From a bacterium (lineage in GTDB: Bacteria > UBA10199 > 2-02-FULL-44-16 > JAAZCA01), in the NCBI GenBank assembly GCA_963674695.2, contig CAXXGI010000003.1, positions 32,001 through 96,000 on the forward strand: a stretch of DNA of 64,000 nt, in the 5' to 3' direction. Positions within the stretch are counted from its first letter, which is position 1. Each line of letters begins with the position of its first letter. The position numbers were made by a program, and so were the translations under genes. The notes beneath the pieces were generated by a model. That model ran no database searches. It was not told the DNA's origin and saw only the letters and a list, made by a program, of their open reading frames with translations. This document shows, piece after piece, positions 19,446 to 28,155 of the stretch.

Positions 19446-20399
19446 ATGAAACAGACATCGCCCCCACCCGTTCGCGGCATCTGGTATCTCACCCGCTGCA
19501 TCCTGCGAGGCCAGCCCAGACTCGTCAACCTCGAGATCACCAAGCGGTGCAATGCGCGCTGCACCTTCTGCAGTTGTTGGCAGGTGGGTAAGGGTGAGGA
19601 GCTGGCCGACTATAGCGACGTCATCAAGAAGTTCCGCCCGGTCGTCGTCTCGGTCTCCGGGGGGGAGCCGCTGTTGCGCAAGGACTACGCCGAGGTCCTG
19701 ACGAGCCTGCGACCCTATTGCCACTATCTGGGGATCATCACCAATGGCGTGCTTCTCAATGAGGAATCTGCGAAAAAGCTCGCGAGAGCGGGGGTCAACC
19801 ATACCAGCGTTTCGCTCGACTATCTCGGCACGCAGCACGATGAGGCGCGCAAGGTGTCCGGGCTCTACGATCACCTCGCCACGACCATTCCGCATCTGTC
19901 GAAGCTCGGGCATCGCATCGTTCTGAATACGATCATCATGGACTCGAACCTGGATGAGATCCTGCCGATCGCCTATCGCGCCAAGGAGTGGGGGGCCATG
20001 GTCTCCTTTTCGGCCTATTGCTCGCTCAAAAAGGATCAGGATGGCGAGATGGTGCGCAGTCGCCGCCATGCCCAGCTCGTGGGCATCTGCAGCGAACTCA
20101 AGGCGCTCAAACGCACCCTCGGCCACATTCGCAACTCCGATTACTATCTCGACCGCGTCCCGGGCTATTTTCGCGATGGCCGCATGGCCAACTGTCAGGC
20201 CGGGTACCGCTGGGTGCAGGTCACGCCCGACGGGTATGTCCAGCAGTGCTCGGAGCTGCCGCGCGTCTGTCACTACAGCGAATACGATCGCTCGAAGATC
20301 AAACCGTCCACCTGCGAGAAGTGCTGGTACACCTGTCGCGGCGAGGCGGAGGCGCCCTGGTACGAACCGCGCCGGATGCTCGAATTTATCAAGGCCTGA
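19446..20399 (+). CDS. Radical SAM protein with a SPASM/twitch domain
   Basis: CNARCTFC, SGGEPL, ITNG; C-terminal CQAG...PDGYVQQC...CEKCWYTC. Confidence 0.9.
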   Translation: MKQTSPPPVRGIWYLTRCILRGQPRLVNLEITKRCNARCTFCSCWQVGKGEELADYSDVIKKFRPVVVSVSGGEPLLRKDYAEVLTSLRPYCHYLGIITNGVLLNEESAKKLARAGVNHTSVSLDYLGTQHDEARKVSGLYDHLATTIPHLSKLGHRIVLNTIIMDSNLDEILPIAYRAKEWGAMVSFSAYCSLKKDQDGEMVRSRRHAQLVGICSELKALKRTLGHIRNSDYYLDRVPGYFRDGRMANCQAGYRWVQVTPDGYVQQCSELPRVCHYSEYDRSKIKPSTCEKCWYTCRGEAEAPWYEPRRMLEFIKA

Positions 20400-20499
20400 T
20401 GCGCCGGTCGGGGCCTTTTCCCTTGCACGTGCTGGGAGGGGTCGATAGAATGGGACAACGTCAACAACACATCATCGAAAGATAAAGGGAGGTATGCAT

Positions 20500-20709
20500 A
20501 TGAAGAGAGTACTCGCAATGTTGGTCGCCATGGGTGTGGTCGGGCTCTACTGGCTCGGCTGCGAAAAGAAGGCCGATGATATGGGCGCCGTGGAAGAGGA
20601 AGAGGTGGTCATAGAGAAAGTAACACCGCCGCCGCCTCCGCCGCCCCCACCGCCGCCGCCTGCTGCGGAAGAAGCGCCCGCTGAGGATGATGCACCCGCG
20701 GGCGAATAA
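20500..20709 (+). CDS. Small proline-rich lipoprotein
   Basis: GGAGG RBS, lipobox-like WLGC, polyproline run, terminator downstream. Confidence 0.75.
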   Translation: MKRVLAMLVAMGVVGLYWLGCEKKADDMGAVEEEEVVIEKVTPPPPPPPPPPPPAAEEAPAEDDAPAGE

Positions 20710-20726
20710 GGATTCAAACGATGGCG

Positions 20727-20765
20727 AAACGGCCGGAACCCTTCGGGGTTCCGGCCGTTTTTTTT
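20727..20765 (+). terminator. Intrinsic terminator
   Basis: AAACGGCCGGAACCC-ttc-GGGGTTCCGGCCGTTTTTTTT. Confidence 0.9.
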
Positions 20766-20772
20766 GTTCGGG

Positions 20773-20796
20773 GTGTTCAGCAAATCGTCGGTTCAA
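20773..20796 (+). repeat. att-like direct repeat, left copy (tRNA T-arm-like)
   Basis: GTGTTCAGCaaaTCGTCGGTTCAA versus GTGTTCAGCgtgTCGTCGGTTCAA at 24243-24266 (21/24). Confidence 0.6.
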
Positions 20797-20976
20797 ATCC
20801 GAGGCTTGATGCAAAAGAGAATCGGCCCATAAGTTGGGAAGATCAGGTTTATGTTTGATTTTATCCCCTGGAGACGCAACGAGAGATATTGTACTGTAAT
20901 ATCAGTAGGATATGGAGACTTGAAATTACATTCCATTTCTTGTAAATTGCCTTAGAAGCAATTATTGGGAAATCGA

Positions 20977-21792
20977 ATGAAACAACATCGGACAAAACTT
21001 GGTCCCCTTGAAATCCAGGTGCTCGCCTATGCTCAGATGAAGAAAAAAGAGGTCATGAGGATAGGCGATATCGCCGCTGCCCTTGACCTCAGCACAAAGC
21101 AGGAACGCGAGCTCTTGAGCAGGATGATGAGGGTCGGACTGATTATTCGACTGACATCAGGGGTCTATCTTGTCCCCCAGAGCGTGCCTCCCGGCGGCAA
21201 ATTCGCCGTGAGCGAGTACTATATCCTCTCCAGACTCATGAACGTGCTGAAAGGGCGCTATCAGATCAGCGGACCGAACGCGTTTCGGTTCTACGGTTTT
21301 GATGATCAGATCCCCAACAAGGTCTATGTGTATAACAACCGAATCTGCGGCGAACGCAATATCGGGAACATCGAGTTCATCTTCATCAAGACGTCCGACA
21401 AGCGCCTTGGAGGCGTGAATAAATTCAAGACAACCGATGGGAGTATGGCGATATTCGCATCCCGGAGTCGAGCGCTCATGGATGCGGTCTATGACTGGAG
21501 TCGCTACAATACGCTCCCGCGCGCGTACACATGGATAGAGAGTGATGTGAGGAAAGATCCCAAGATGGCGAGCGATCTCATATCGATGACGATCGCATTC
21601 GGAAACAAGGGGACGGTACGACGCATTGGCTTCCTGCTGGAGACATTGGGCGTGAAGGGCTCGGCACTGGAGAAGATGAAGGGAAAAAGGGGTTCAACGC
21701 GGTCGCTTATCGCGTGGATACCGGATAGGCCGTCAAAGGGTTCGGTCAATAAGGATTGGGGTCTCATCATCAATGGGGAAATCGGACACTGA
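20977..21792 (+). CDS. Type IV toxin-antitoxin antitoxin, AbiEi family
   Basis: N-terminal wHTH (LIIRLTSGVY), YQISGPNAFRFYGFDDQIP, RALMD, VRRIGFLLE; directly upstream of an AbiEii gene. Confidence 0.85.
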   Translation: MKQHRTKLGPLEIQVLAYAQMKKKEVMRIGDIAAALDLSTKQERELLSRMMRVGLIIRLTSGVYLVPQSVPPGGKFAVSEYYILSRLMNVLKGRYQISGPNAFRFYGFDDQIPNKVYVYNNRICGERNIGNIEFIFIKTSDKRLGGVNKFKTTDGSMAIFASRSRALMDAVYDWSRYNTLPRAYTWIESDVRKDPKMASDLISMTIAFGNKGTVRRIGFLLETLGVKGSALEKMKGKRGSTRSLIAWIPDRPSKGSVNKDWGLIINGEIGH

Positions 21793-22663
21793 CATGATAG
21801 GCGTTCACGAAGATATCGATCTCTTCAGGGCCGCTGTCCTTCATACCGCGAGGGAGACGGGCTTTCTCGCTGAGTTGGTTGAAAAGGATTATTTCTGTTC
21901 GCTCCTCCTCGACTACCTCTATGCGGATGACAACCTCGGGCTTGTCTTCAAGGGCGGGACCTGTCTGAGCAAGATCCACTCCGATTTTTATCGCCTGAGC
22001 GAAGACCTCGACTTCATCATTCCGATATCACCGGACGCTTCTCGGAGCGAAGGGAGCGGGGCGGCGAAGCCGTTGAAGGCCAAACTGGACGCCGTGCACA
22101 AGAGCCTCCCCGTTTTTGAGCTGTTGGATGGCTGCCGGGGACATAACAATTCCAAACAGTACATCGCCAATGCACAATATGTATCCTCAATCACTTCCAA
22201 GACCGGAACGATCAAAATCGAGATAGGGCTTCGCGAGAGGATGTTGCAGGAAGCGCTCCGCGGAGAGGCAAAAACGCTTTTGGCGGATCCGTTTAAAGGG
22301 AGGCCGGCCGTCGCCCCATTTCTTGTCGTGAGCATGTCGCTCCAGGAGGCCTATGCGGAGAAGGTGAGAGCTGCGCTTACGAGAGAGAAGCCGGCCATTC
22401 GCGACTTCTTCGACATCGATTTTGCCGTGCGAGAGATCGATTTCGATCTGTACGAAGATAGTTTTCTTGAGCTCGTCAGGGCAAAGCTTGCCGTCCCGGA
22501 TAACGGTCCTGTTGATATTAGCGATGCACGGAAGGAAGCGCTTCAGAAACAACTGGAAGCTCAGCTCAAGCCGGTGCTCCGTTCTAAGGATTTCGAAACG
22601 TTCGAACTCGATCGGACGTTCGACATGGTCGTCGAACTGAGGCAATTGGTTGAAGGTCGTTGA
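21773..22663 (+). CDS. AbiEii/AbiGii nucleotidyltransferase toxin
   Basis: LVEKDY, FKGGTCLSK..YRLSEDLDF, AEKVRA, IRDFFD motifs (alternative start at 21794). Confidence 0.92.
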   Translation: MGKSDTDMIGVHEDIDLFRAAVLHTARETGFLAELVEKDYFCSLLLDYLYADDNLGLVFKGGTCLSKIHSDFYRLSEDLDFIIPISPDASRSEGSGAAKPLKAKLDAVHKSLPVFELLDGCRGHNNSKQYIANAQYVSSITSKTGTIKIEIGLRERMLQEALRGEAKTLLADPFKGRPAVAPFLVVSMSLQEAYAEKVRAALTREKPAIRDFFDIDFAVREIDFDLYEDSFLELVRAKLAVPDNGPVDISDARKEALQKQLEAQLKPVLRSKDFETFELDRTFDMVVELRQLVEGR

Positions 22664-22821
22664 GGTCAGCATGCCGTTAGCAGCGCGTTATGAATCGCTC
22701 TCCGACGACTATGAAGTCCTCCATCTCGTGCCCCAGCGACAGGCGTTCGAAGAGGGGGGGTGTTGAAAGACATTCGCTCCGGCTGACGGTTTTTGCTCGA
22801 GATATTGCTTGAGCATTTGGT

Positions 22822-23170
22822 TTGCTCCGTCATATGGTTTTGATGTCCAATGTGAGGAGGTGGTTCTTAACGAAACCGGATATTAAAGGAAGGTGCAAAT
22901 GGTGCGGCCGTTATACCGAATTCATCCCCCCAGATGTCCCAACCTATGGCACTTCACTTTCAACTTTTGGTCCAAACAACTGTAGAGTATGTGGAAGGCA
23001 TGTATCCCATGCCTTCATGGCAGTGGGATAGTCCCGACGGCAGGGCATACAGCTATTATCGTATGTCATTTGGTAACAGTAAAGACGAAGTCAGGTTTTA
23101 CGAGGAATTTGAAAACGACTACGAACCAGCTCCACGAAATGCAATATCTACTCAGGCGAACACACGGTAA
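22822..23170 (+). pseudogene. Frameshifted Zn-finger-like hypothetical gene
   Basis: CKWC...CRVCGR in one frame continues as MYPMPSWQWDSPDG... in another if one base near 22999 is removed. Confidence 0.5.
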
Positions 23171-23184
23171 TCTTAAGATAATTC

Positions 23185-24126
23185 ATGTCCAAATATCAAA
23201 CCCACCGAGATCACATAGACAATCCACTTGGCCACTGGGGAGGACGTAACAGGGGAACTCAGCTCATACTTCTTCTGGATGACTCCGATGACAGGCCTTC
23301 AGAGACGCAGAGTTCTGAGAATCTTAAAGATTATGTCAACTGGCATGCTGTAGCTATTCCTCGTTTTGGTATCAAATCTGCTGAGAGAGATTGGATGGAA
23401 ATAAAGCGAGCTCATGACGTTCCAGAGTGCTATCTGCATTGTAATGAGCATTCACCCATACTGCTAAATCCAAAATCTGAGATTCGGCTCAGAATCAAAA
23501 ACCTATTTTCTCAATATGGCATTATCCAATTCTTCGTTTCCAGATCTAAAGAGCACTGTGCTGAGTTTATCAGGCAAAACAGGGATGCGGAGCTGTACAG
23601 ACAGATATCCTCTAGTTGGTCACTGAGTGAATATAAAGAGCAGGCGCTGTTTTGGTTTATACACATGATGGATCGCATCCTACCGCAACACTACTTTTGG
23701 CCAGATGCTGTTGTCTTCTGCGACAAGACCGAACGCAGTGCATCAACGTTTAGGTTGCTTGCTACAGGAGTACCCGAGGCGGCTTGGGGCTGGAGAGAAT
23801 ATCATGAGCTCTCATGCATTCACCACCGCATATTATCGCGACTTCATGCTGCCCCGAGAGACATTATTGGTCGTTGTCTGGACTTGGCTGACTACAGCGC
23901 ATGGATGTGTCAACGTGTGTTCCGTTGTATTGGTGCAAGGGATTTTACCGACATTCCCCTGACTGAGGATGAATGGAAAACCAGAACAGCACATCTTTCA
24001 GCTGCCGATAACGATTTATGCTGGCATTTTCTTGAACTGATAGAGGCAAAAGTGATTCGTCATGTATGGCCTCAAAGAGTATATGGTGGCGAAAAACAGC
24101 AAGTTCCACAAGAGGGGAGTCCGTAA
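23185..24126 (+). CDS. Hypothetical protein, weakly DUF3800-like (RNase H-like fold)
   Basis: AT-richer 313-aa ORF; LLLDDS near the N-terminus, VVFCD, and CLDLADYSAW resembling the QLAD motif. Confidence 0.5.
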   Translation: MSKYQTHRDHIDNPLGHWGGRNRGTQLILLLDDSDDRPSETQSSENLKDYVNWHAVAIPRFGIKSAERDWMEIKRAHDVPECYLHCNEHSPILLNPKSEIRLRIKNLFSQYGIIQFFVSRSKEHCAEFIRQNRDAELYRQISSSWSLSEYKEQALFWFIHMMDRILPQHYFWPDAVVFCDKTERSASTFRLLATGVPEAAWGWREYHELSCIHHRILSRLHAAPRDIIGRCLDLADYSAWMCQRVFRCIGARDFTDIPLTEDEWKTRTAHLSAADNDLCWHFLELIEAKVIRHVWPQRVYGGEKQQVPQEGSP

Positions 24127-24242
24127 CCTTTGCCGCCTGCGGCGGCTCATCCCCTGCCGCGGCAGTTTGCCTTGGGTATACTGGACCAAGTTTGCCCGCC
24201 TTGCCTACGAATCAGCTGACACGTGAGAGCAGTTGATCTGCA

Positions 24243-24266
24243 GTGTTCAGCGTGTCGTCGGTTCAA
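24243..24266 (+). repeat. att-like direct repeat, right copy
   Basis: Matches 20773-20796. Confidence 0.6.
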
Positions 24267-24428
24267 TATAATCATCACATGCAGTAGTCACGATATGATC
24301 GCACAAGAGAAATAAGGGATTACGATATCATCGCACAACTGTTAGGTGATTGACTTGATAGTACAAGTACACTGATCGTGATGATGATATTGATCCTGAT
24401 GTTGATTTTTTGATTCCTGATTGCTGGC

Positions 24429-24674
24429 TCACCTGAGCCGGTAGAGCATTCTGCTGATTCGATCTGCTCTTTCCTTGTTCTCCATTTCACAACGTGCCGG
24501 AATCAAGGAGAATGCGGCGGCCAGATCGATACAGGCCGACACCTCCGCGAGCGAAGCCCTGGATATCTGAAAGAAGCGCTTTCTCTCTCCCTTGCCCGAC
24601 CGAGCATTGCCCTCCGCCAAGTTGAGCACGACGGAAGCCATGGCCCTTCTGAGCTGATCGACCAGATAGCCATC
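24429..24674 (-). pseudogene. Four helix bundle protein (23S rRNA-IVP/Avd-like), 5'-degraded
   Basis: YLVDQLRRAMASVVLNLAEGN...ERKRFFQISRASLAEV; upstream in-frame stop and no helix 1. Confidence 0.8.
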
Positions 24675-24937
24675 GACTGAAGTGGTGCGCCAAAGTGGTA
24701 AAATCTGACCACCACGAACGGCCTTTGTGACGGTCGCCTATGACCACTTTTCGACATCATCACTCATAGATCATCGAGATTTACCGATTTGGAGAACCGA
24801 TTGGGATAACAGAGACACCGAAACGGAAAAACGGACGATCGAATCCAATTAGCATCAACATCATCATCAGGTGGGCCCTGTCCGATAGATCGGCGTGGGA
24901 GATGTTTTGGATTGGCTATGGGTAAAAACACCGTCGT

Positions 24938-25165
24938 CTCAGAAGGACCATATCGTCTGCTGTGCTCAACTTGGCGGAGGGCAACGGCAAGCGGGGGCAA
25001 CCACGTGAACGAAAGCGCTTCTTTCAGATCTCGATGGGATCCATCGCGGAGGTGGCAGCGGGCCTGAATCTGGCCGCCGCATTCTCCTTGATTCCGGCCA
25101 AGGTACAGGAGGAGAACAAAGCGATTCTGCGGGCAGCATACAACCGGATCAGGAGACTCTCCTGA
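24938..25165 (+). pseudogene. Four helix bundle protein, 5'-degraded, second copy
   Basis: LRRTISSAVLNLAEGNGK...ERKRFFQISMGSIAEV; in-frame TAA a few codons upstream. Confidence 0.8.
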
Positions 25166-25304
25166 TCCGGTTCCGTTCTCGGTATATCGGCAATCGGATT
25201 CGGTTTCTCCCAATCGGTTTGCGGTTCTCCGTTTCGGTTCTAGATGTCAGGTAGGATGATAACGCTATATCGTTGTTGTCAGATCAAATAGTGATACACA
25301 TCAC

Positions 25305-25340
25305 AAAAAGAAAACGCCCCTCTGATCGAGGAGCGTTTTC
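25305..25340 (-). terminator. Terminator of the rpoZ-tRNA transcript
   Basis: GAAAACGCTCCTC/GAGGGGCGTTTTC hairpin followed by a T-run on the minus strand. Confidence 0.7.
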
Positions 25341-25346
25341 ATCTTG

Positions 25347-25419
25347 AGCCGAGAAGCGGATTTGAACCGCTGACCTGTCGATTACGAATCGACTGCTCTA
25401 CCAACTGAGCTACCTCGGC
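25347..25419 (-). tRNA. tRNA-Thr(CGT)
   Basis: GCCGAGGTAGCTCAGTTGGTAGAGCAGTCGATT-CGT-AATCGACAGGTCAGCGGTTCAAATCCGCTTCTCGGCT cloverleaf; CCA not encoded. Confidence 0.95.
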
Positions 25420-25526
25420 GTGAAAAGAAGTGAGAAGTGGAAAGTGAAAAGGGGGAAGAAGAACAGTCTTTGCGCTTCCCACTTTTCACCGCTGTCAACT
25501 TCCCACTGCCGTCAACTGTCGTCCTG

Positions 25527-25609
25527 TGCCGCCCCCCGGACTCGAACCGGGACGGGATTGCTCCCAGAGGATTTTGAATCCTCCTCGTCTGCCATTCCGA
25601 CAGGGCGGC
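25527..25609 (-). tRNA. tRNA-Leu(CAA)
   Basis: GCCGCCCTGTCGGAATGGCAGACGAGGAGGATT-CAA-AATCCTC, long variable arm, GGTTCGAGTCC. Confidence 0.95.
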
Positions 25610-25627
25610 CTCGATCGGGTGGCGCTG

Positions 25628-25855
25628 TTATTCCGTGGTCGTATCGTCGACGACAACATCCTCGACGATGACGATGTCCGGCTGGACCTTGCCGAGGGCG
25701 ATTTCCCGCAGGGCGATGACCGCTTCACGATTCTTGCACTTCACCAGCGGGCGCGATCCTTTGTAGAGCTGCTTGGTCCGCTGGGCGGCCAGGTGAACGA
25801 GCGCGAAGCGGTTTTCAACGTTATCAAGGCAATCCTCAACGGTGACGCGAGCCAT
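25628..25855 (-). CDS. rpoZ: RNA polymerase omega subunit
   Basis: [30 protein letters not shown]...ALREIA; GGAGG RBS. Confidence 0.97.
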   Translation of the reverse strand: MARVTVEDCLDNVENRFALVHLAAQRTKQLYKGSRPLVKCKNREAVIALREIALGKVQPDIVIVEDVVVDDTTTE

Positions 25856-26037
25856 GCAACCCTCCAATAAATGACGGAAAAGAGCCAGAAACGAGCAGCG
25901 TCATTTAGTGCCGGCACGGGGAGAAGTCAAGTCATTCTGGGGCGGTTGCTCGCTTTCGCCTGTGTGATCGATTTGACGGCTTTGCTGTGGACGTGGTAGC
26001 AGTTCCAACTGCTTGATTCTACAGAAGAACCGAACCT

Positions 26038-27987
26038 ATGGCCCGAATACACCCGCTGATCGACCGCCTGCTCCCCGATTATCGGCGGCGGCACCTGTTC
26101 ACCACAAAGCTACGCCTGGTGGCCTTTGTCGGTTTTTGGGCGATCTATCTCTATTTCTACCATGGCGTCATCGATCAAACCCTGGGGGTGGCGGCGATCG
26201 TCCTGGGCAGTTTCCTCCTGACCGGGTTTGCCTATTCCAACGTCATGCGCGGGCGGTGGCTCGTGCCCTCGTTCTTCATGGAGCTGGTCGGCGACATGGT
26301 CGCCATCGCGGTGGTGCTCTATCTGACCGGTGGCCCTCATAGTCCGTATTATCTCATCTATATTTTCTACATCGCCATCGCGGGGATGCTCTACAATCAT
26401 CGGCTGGCGGTGATGTTGGCGCTGCTGAGCGCCATCTCCTATGGGGCTTTTTTGCTGCTCTGTCATGCGGGGATCATTCCGCCGCTGATCCTCGAATACG
26501 GCGATCGCCTGCCGATCGTGGCCTACACGCCGGTGGCGCATTTTTTCTTCGCCCTCCTGTTTTTGACGGGCGCGGTCTACACGGTCCGGGTGGCCAGCCA
26601 CTTCTCGCAGCAGCGCGAGCGCACGCTGGAAAAGCGCAATCGTGAGCTGACCGCGCTGAATCGAATGAGCGCAACGATTCGCAGTGCCGCGGTCTTGGGC
26701 GATGTGATCGAACAGCTGCTCGGCGCGGTCATCGAGGGCCTGGGGTTCGAGGCGGCAGCGCTCATCCAGTTGGATGCGGAGCGCGGCGTGGCCCGCCTGT
26801 TCGTGTCGCAGGAACATCCCCGACGCGCGGCGGTCGAGGAGATCATCGGACGAAGCGTTGATGGGATCGAGGTGCCGATCGCGATGCTGGCCGAACCGCT
26901 GCGCATGGAGATCGATCGGCATCGCATCATCTTTCGCCGGGAGCTCGCAGAGCTGATGCGCGGCGGCGATGGGGAGGGCGTTGCACAGATGTGTCGGCGC
27001 ATTCAAGAGGTGGTTGGATTCAGGCGCATCGTGGTGATGCCGGTCGTAGCGGGCGAGACGGCGTTGGGCGCCATCATCGGTTTTTCGCGCGAGCCGTTCG
27101 TGGAGGAGGAGCAGATCCGGACCATGGAGGCGTTTGCCAACCAGTCGGCGGTCTCGCTCGAAGCGGCCACGCTCATCGAACGGTTGCGGCAACTCAACGA
27201 GGCCCTGGCCCAGGCCAATCGCGTGAAGTCGGAGTTCCTGGCGACGATGAGCCACGAGCTGCGCACGCCGCTGACGGCTATCATCGGGTTCACCGAACTC
27301 ATCATCGAGGGGGTGATGGGGGAGGCGACCGAGGAACAGCGCGAGGCCCTGCAAGAGGTGCTGCACAACGCGGCCGATCTGCTCGACCTGATCAACAGCC
27401 TCCTGGATCTGACCAAGATCGAGTCGGGCACGATGGGCGTTTCCTTCGAATGGTTCGACCTGCGCGGGCTCACCCAGCGCATCGTCAGCACGGTGGCGTC
27501 GCTGCTCCACAAGAAGCGCCAGCAAATCACGGTGTCGATCCCGGATGAGCTTCCGCCGATCCAGGGGGACGAGCGCAAGGTGCAGCAGGTGCTGCTCAAT
27601 CTCGTGGCCAACGCCAACAAGTTCACGCCCGAAGAGGGGCATATCGATATTCGCGTCGAGGTGATGCCCACCCGTGCGGCGATCGAGGCGCGCGAGGGGG
27701 TGTTTATGCGCCTGGCCCATCGCATCGATCGCTTTTCGAAGGGGGGCGTGCTCATCTCGATCGCCGACGATGGCATCGGCATCCCTGCCGACCATCACGA
27801 GCGGATCTTCGAGATGTTTCATCAGGCCGACAGCTCGACGACGCGCGACTTCGGCGGCACGGGCCTGGGGCTCGCGCTCGCACGCCAATTCGTCGAGATG
27901 CATGGCGGCGCCATCTGGGTGGAAAGCGACACCGGTGCCGGCGCGCAGTTCACCTTCGCCATCCCGCTTGAGGCGACCCCGGATTGA
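26038..27987 (+). CDS. Membrane sensor histidine kinase (TM-GAF-HisKA-HATPase)
   Basis: FLATMSHELRTPL H-box, NLVANANKFT N-box, DDGIGI, GGTGLGL. Confidence 0.95.
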   Translation: MARIHPLIDRLLPDYRRRHLFTTKLRLVAFVGFWAIYLYFYHGVIDQTLGVAAIVLGSFLLTGFAYSNVMRGRWLVPSFFMELVGDMVAIAVVLYLTGGPHSPYYLIYIFYIAIAGMLYNHRLAVMLALLSAISYGAFLLLCHAGIIPPLILEYGDRLPIVAYTPVAHFFFALLFLTGAVYTVRVASHFSQQRERTLEKRNRELTALNRMSATIRSAAVLGDVIEQLLGAVIEGLGFEAAALIQLDAERGVARLFVSQEHPRRAAVEEIIGRSVDGIEVPIAMLAEPLRMEIDRHRIIFRRELAELMRGGDGEGVAQMCRRIQEVVGFRRIVVMPVVAGETALGAIIGFSREPFVEEEQIRTMEAFANQSAVSLEAATLIERLRQLNEALAQANRVKSEFLATMSHELRTPLTAIIGFTELIIEGVMGEATEEQREALQEVLHNAADLLDLINSLLDLTKIESGTMGVSFEWFDLRGLTQRIVSTVASLLHKKRQQITVSIPDELPPIQGDERKVQQVLLNLVANANKFTPEEGHIDIRVEVMPTRAAIEAREGVFMRLAHRIDRFSKGGVLISIADDGIGIPADHHERIFEMFHQADSSTTRDFGGTGLGLALARQFVEMHGGAIWVESDTGAGAQFTFAIPLEATPD

Positions 27988-28155
27988 CCCCGCTGTGAGC
28001 AATTTTCCCCTAAAATGGCGACCGAAGGATGTCATTCTGGGATGACAAAGGCACCGGCTTGTCATCAAACTGAGGTGCCCGAGAAACCACCTTTTCTGTT
28101 TTATTTTAAAGGGTTAACATGTATACTCGAGACTCCACAAGAGGGGGTAAGGTGC

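Noticed and set aside
20627-20661. CCG-type microsatellite as a contingency locus
   Set aside because: Mixed Pro codons indicate a selected polyproline linker rather than a slippage tract
20785-20802. Additional tRNA gene
   Set aside because: Only a T-arm-like fragment, with no D or anticodon arm
22671-22766. 31-codon ORF after abiEii
   Set aside because: Too short and without a motif; possibly a gene remnant
22800-24360. Integron cassette array
   Set aside because: No integrase and no convincing RYYYAAC...GTTRRRY attC pairs around the ORFs
24429-25165. Diversity-generating retroelement (Avd-like genes)
   Set aside because: No reverse transcriptase and no TR/VR pair with adenine-specific mismatches was seen
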